IMG/VR virus record: IMGVR_UViG_3300027573_000023
Span: 1 to 64,000 of that record
Reading direction: 5' to 3' (one strand)
Origin: a virus
DNA: 64,000 nucleotides
Shown: positions 63,007 to 64,000 of the stretch, in pieces
Numbering within the stretch: position 1 is the stretch's first letter
How the letters are laid out: every line of letters begins with the position of its first letter
Notes under the pieces: generated by a model
Told to the model about the DNA's origin: nothing
Seen by the model: the letters and a program-made list of their open reading frames with translations, nothing else
Database searches by the model: none
Made by a program: the position numbers and the translations under genes

Positions 63007-63446
63007 TCTTCATCTTCTAGTGTTTCACTATCCTCAGACAGGAAGGAAAGGATTACCTTGCCTTCAAATAAAATGACATCTCCTGTATCATCACATTCAA
63101 CATCCATAAATCCATCATCCTTGTTTAGAATATGAGTAATGTCATCATCTGTTATAGGACGTAATTCTGTATCTTCGTTCCCATCATGGAACCAACCAAT
63201 TTCTTTAGGATCAGCTAAAGTATCATCTTCCTCTGAGGAGAGAATATGCACATTTACTGGAGCACCATAGAGTGACATAAACATATCCATATCATCAGGC
63301 ACCTGACCTAAAGTAAAGAACAACCACTCAGGCTCAATAGTACCAACAGTGATTTGAGTTAAGAAATGCATGCCCACCATTAATCTGGCAGGCACATAAC
63401 TATTAAATACAAATTCTCCTTCTACTAAATATCTTTCATCTTCCAT
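63003..63446 (-). CDS. Acidic hypothetical protein (147 aa)
   Basis: ATGA-coupled to polA. Confidence 0.7.
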   Translation of the reverse strand: MEDERYLVEGEFVFNSYVPARLMVGMHFLTQITVGTIEPEWLFFTLGQVPDDMDMFMSLYGAPVNVHILSSEEDDTLADPKEIGWFHDGNEDTELRPITDDDITHILNKDDGFMDVECDDTGDVILFEGKVILSFLSEDSETLEDEE

Positions 63447-63684
63447 CTTTTCTAAAGAAGTCTAATTTACTTATGTCAGGAAAACTGCTTACACTGTTAT
63501 CAACCACGACAGTTCTAAACTTAAACTGATGGTTATACTTTCTTTTAATCTCTGCAGCACGTCTTTTGAAAGTCGTAACAGGTTTAGGATCATAAATATA
63601 GCGATCATTTATCGCTTCCTCAGTTTCAGGCAAGGTACCACCTAATGCCTTAAACCATCTAAAAAATTGTTTAACTCTGTCCAT
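63436..63684 (-). CDS. Hypothetical protein (~82 aa)
   Basis: Likely start ATG 63684 (MDRVKQ...). The longer track ORF overlaps an upstream gene. Confidence 0.6.
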   Translation of the reverse strand: MDRVKQFFRWFKALGGTLPETEEAINDRYIYDPKPVTTFKRRAAEIKRKYNHQFKFRTVVVDNSVSSFPDISKLDFFRKDGR

Positions 63685-63709
63685 TATCTTGTGTTTTATA
63701 TACATAAAG

Positions 63710-63883
63710 TTACGAATTTTTGCTCTTTTTATCAGGCCAATGGTATTCACATTTCTCCTCTTTCTTATCATAAGGAGGTTCTGCAAAGTAACTTTGTCTG
63801 AACTGACTTGGAGTTGCTATATATCTATAGCAGGTCTCCTTTAGGGGACAATCTGTCCCACTACACATAGTAATATCTGGCAT
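63710..63883 (-). CDS. 57-aa Cys4 (zinc-binding-like) protein (not in ORF track)
   Basis: MPDITMCSGTDCPLKETCYRYIATPSQFRQSYFAEPPYDKKEEKCEYHWPDKKSKNS. Confidence 0.75.
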   Translation of the reverse strand: MPDITMCSGTDCPLKETCYRYIATPSQFRQSYFAEPPYDKKEEKCEYHWPDKKSKNS

Positions 63884-63906
63884 AATTGATTGTTTTTAAT
63901 TGTTTG

Positions 63907-63983
63907 TAGGGGTAGAAGGACTCGAACCTCCAATAGAAACCTTTACAGGATGACGTACCACATCGCCATTATACTTTACCCCT
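63907..63983 (-). tRNA. Atypical tRNA-Tyr(GTA)-like gene or pseudo-tRNA
   Basis: Acceptor AGGGGTA/TACCCCT, T-arm GGAGG-TTCGAGT-CCTTC, D-stem GTAT/GTAC, loop CT-GTA-AA. The anticodon stem is weak and there is no encoded CCA. Confidence 0.6.
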
Positions 63984-64000
63984 TACCAGAATTAACCTTT

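Noticed and set aside
41609-63135. Small + strand ORFs within the - strand replication module
   Set aside because: They are antisense shadows of well-supported - strand genes.
63805-63860. Hairpins (GGGACA/TGTCCC; TGCTATA/TATAGCA) suggesting an ncRNA
   Set aside because: They lie inside a convincing 57-aa Cys4 ORF (63710-63883), and no RNA family features were recognised.
1-64000. Stop-codon reassignment as seen in some crAss-like phages
   Set aside because: Genes are full length and tightly packed in the standard code; TGA and TAG both act as stops at coupled junctions; no suppressor tRNA is seen.

Overview
A 64 kb internal fragment of an AT-rich, lytic-type Bacteroidota phage genome, most likely Crassvirales-like (related to phi14:2/crAss-type podoviruses), read in the standard genetic code. 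The + strand (1-39822) is a late/virion module: a >4720 aa ejection polyprotein (open at the left edge) carrying the virion RNA polymerase motif DFDID, a second 2463 aa ejection protein, a 2774 aa repeat-rich tail fibre, three proteins sharing an N-terminal NKQIGWSQE anchor, a glycosyltransferase resembling plant peptide O-glycosyltransferases (HPAT/SRGT1) flanked by Thr-tract (mucin-like) proteins, a ferritin-like protein, an EndoVII-type endonuclease and a run of small Lys-rich proteins. It converges at a bidirectional terminator (~39865-39893) with the - strand replication/metabolism module: GT2, GT32, SAM methyltransferase, GroES-like, GIY-YIG, PhoH, degenerate dUTPase, RecA, PD-(D/E)xK nuclease, HNH, rIIB/rIIA-like, UDG, primase, AAA ATPase, SF2 and DnaB-like helicases, DNA polymerase A and an atypical tRNA-Tyr-like gene. 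The best candidate for an undescribed system is a phage-encoded mucin-type O-glycosylation module (protein-priming GT, Thr-rich substrates, and separate elongating GTs plus a methyltransferase) that may put a glycan coat on the virion. All calls come from motif recognition by eye; no searches were run.
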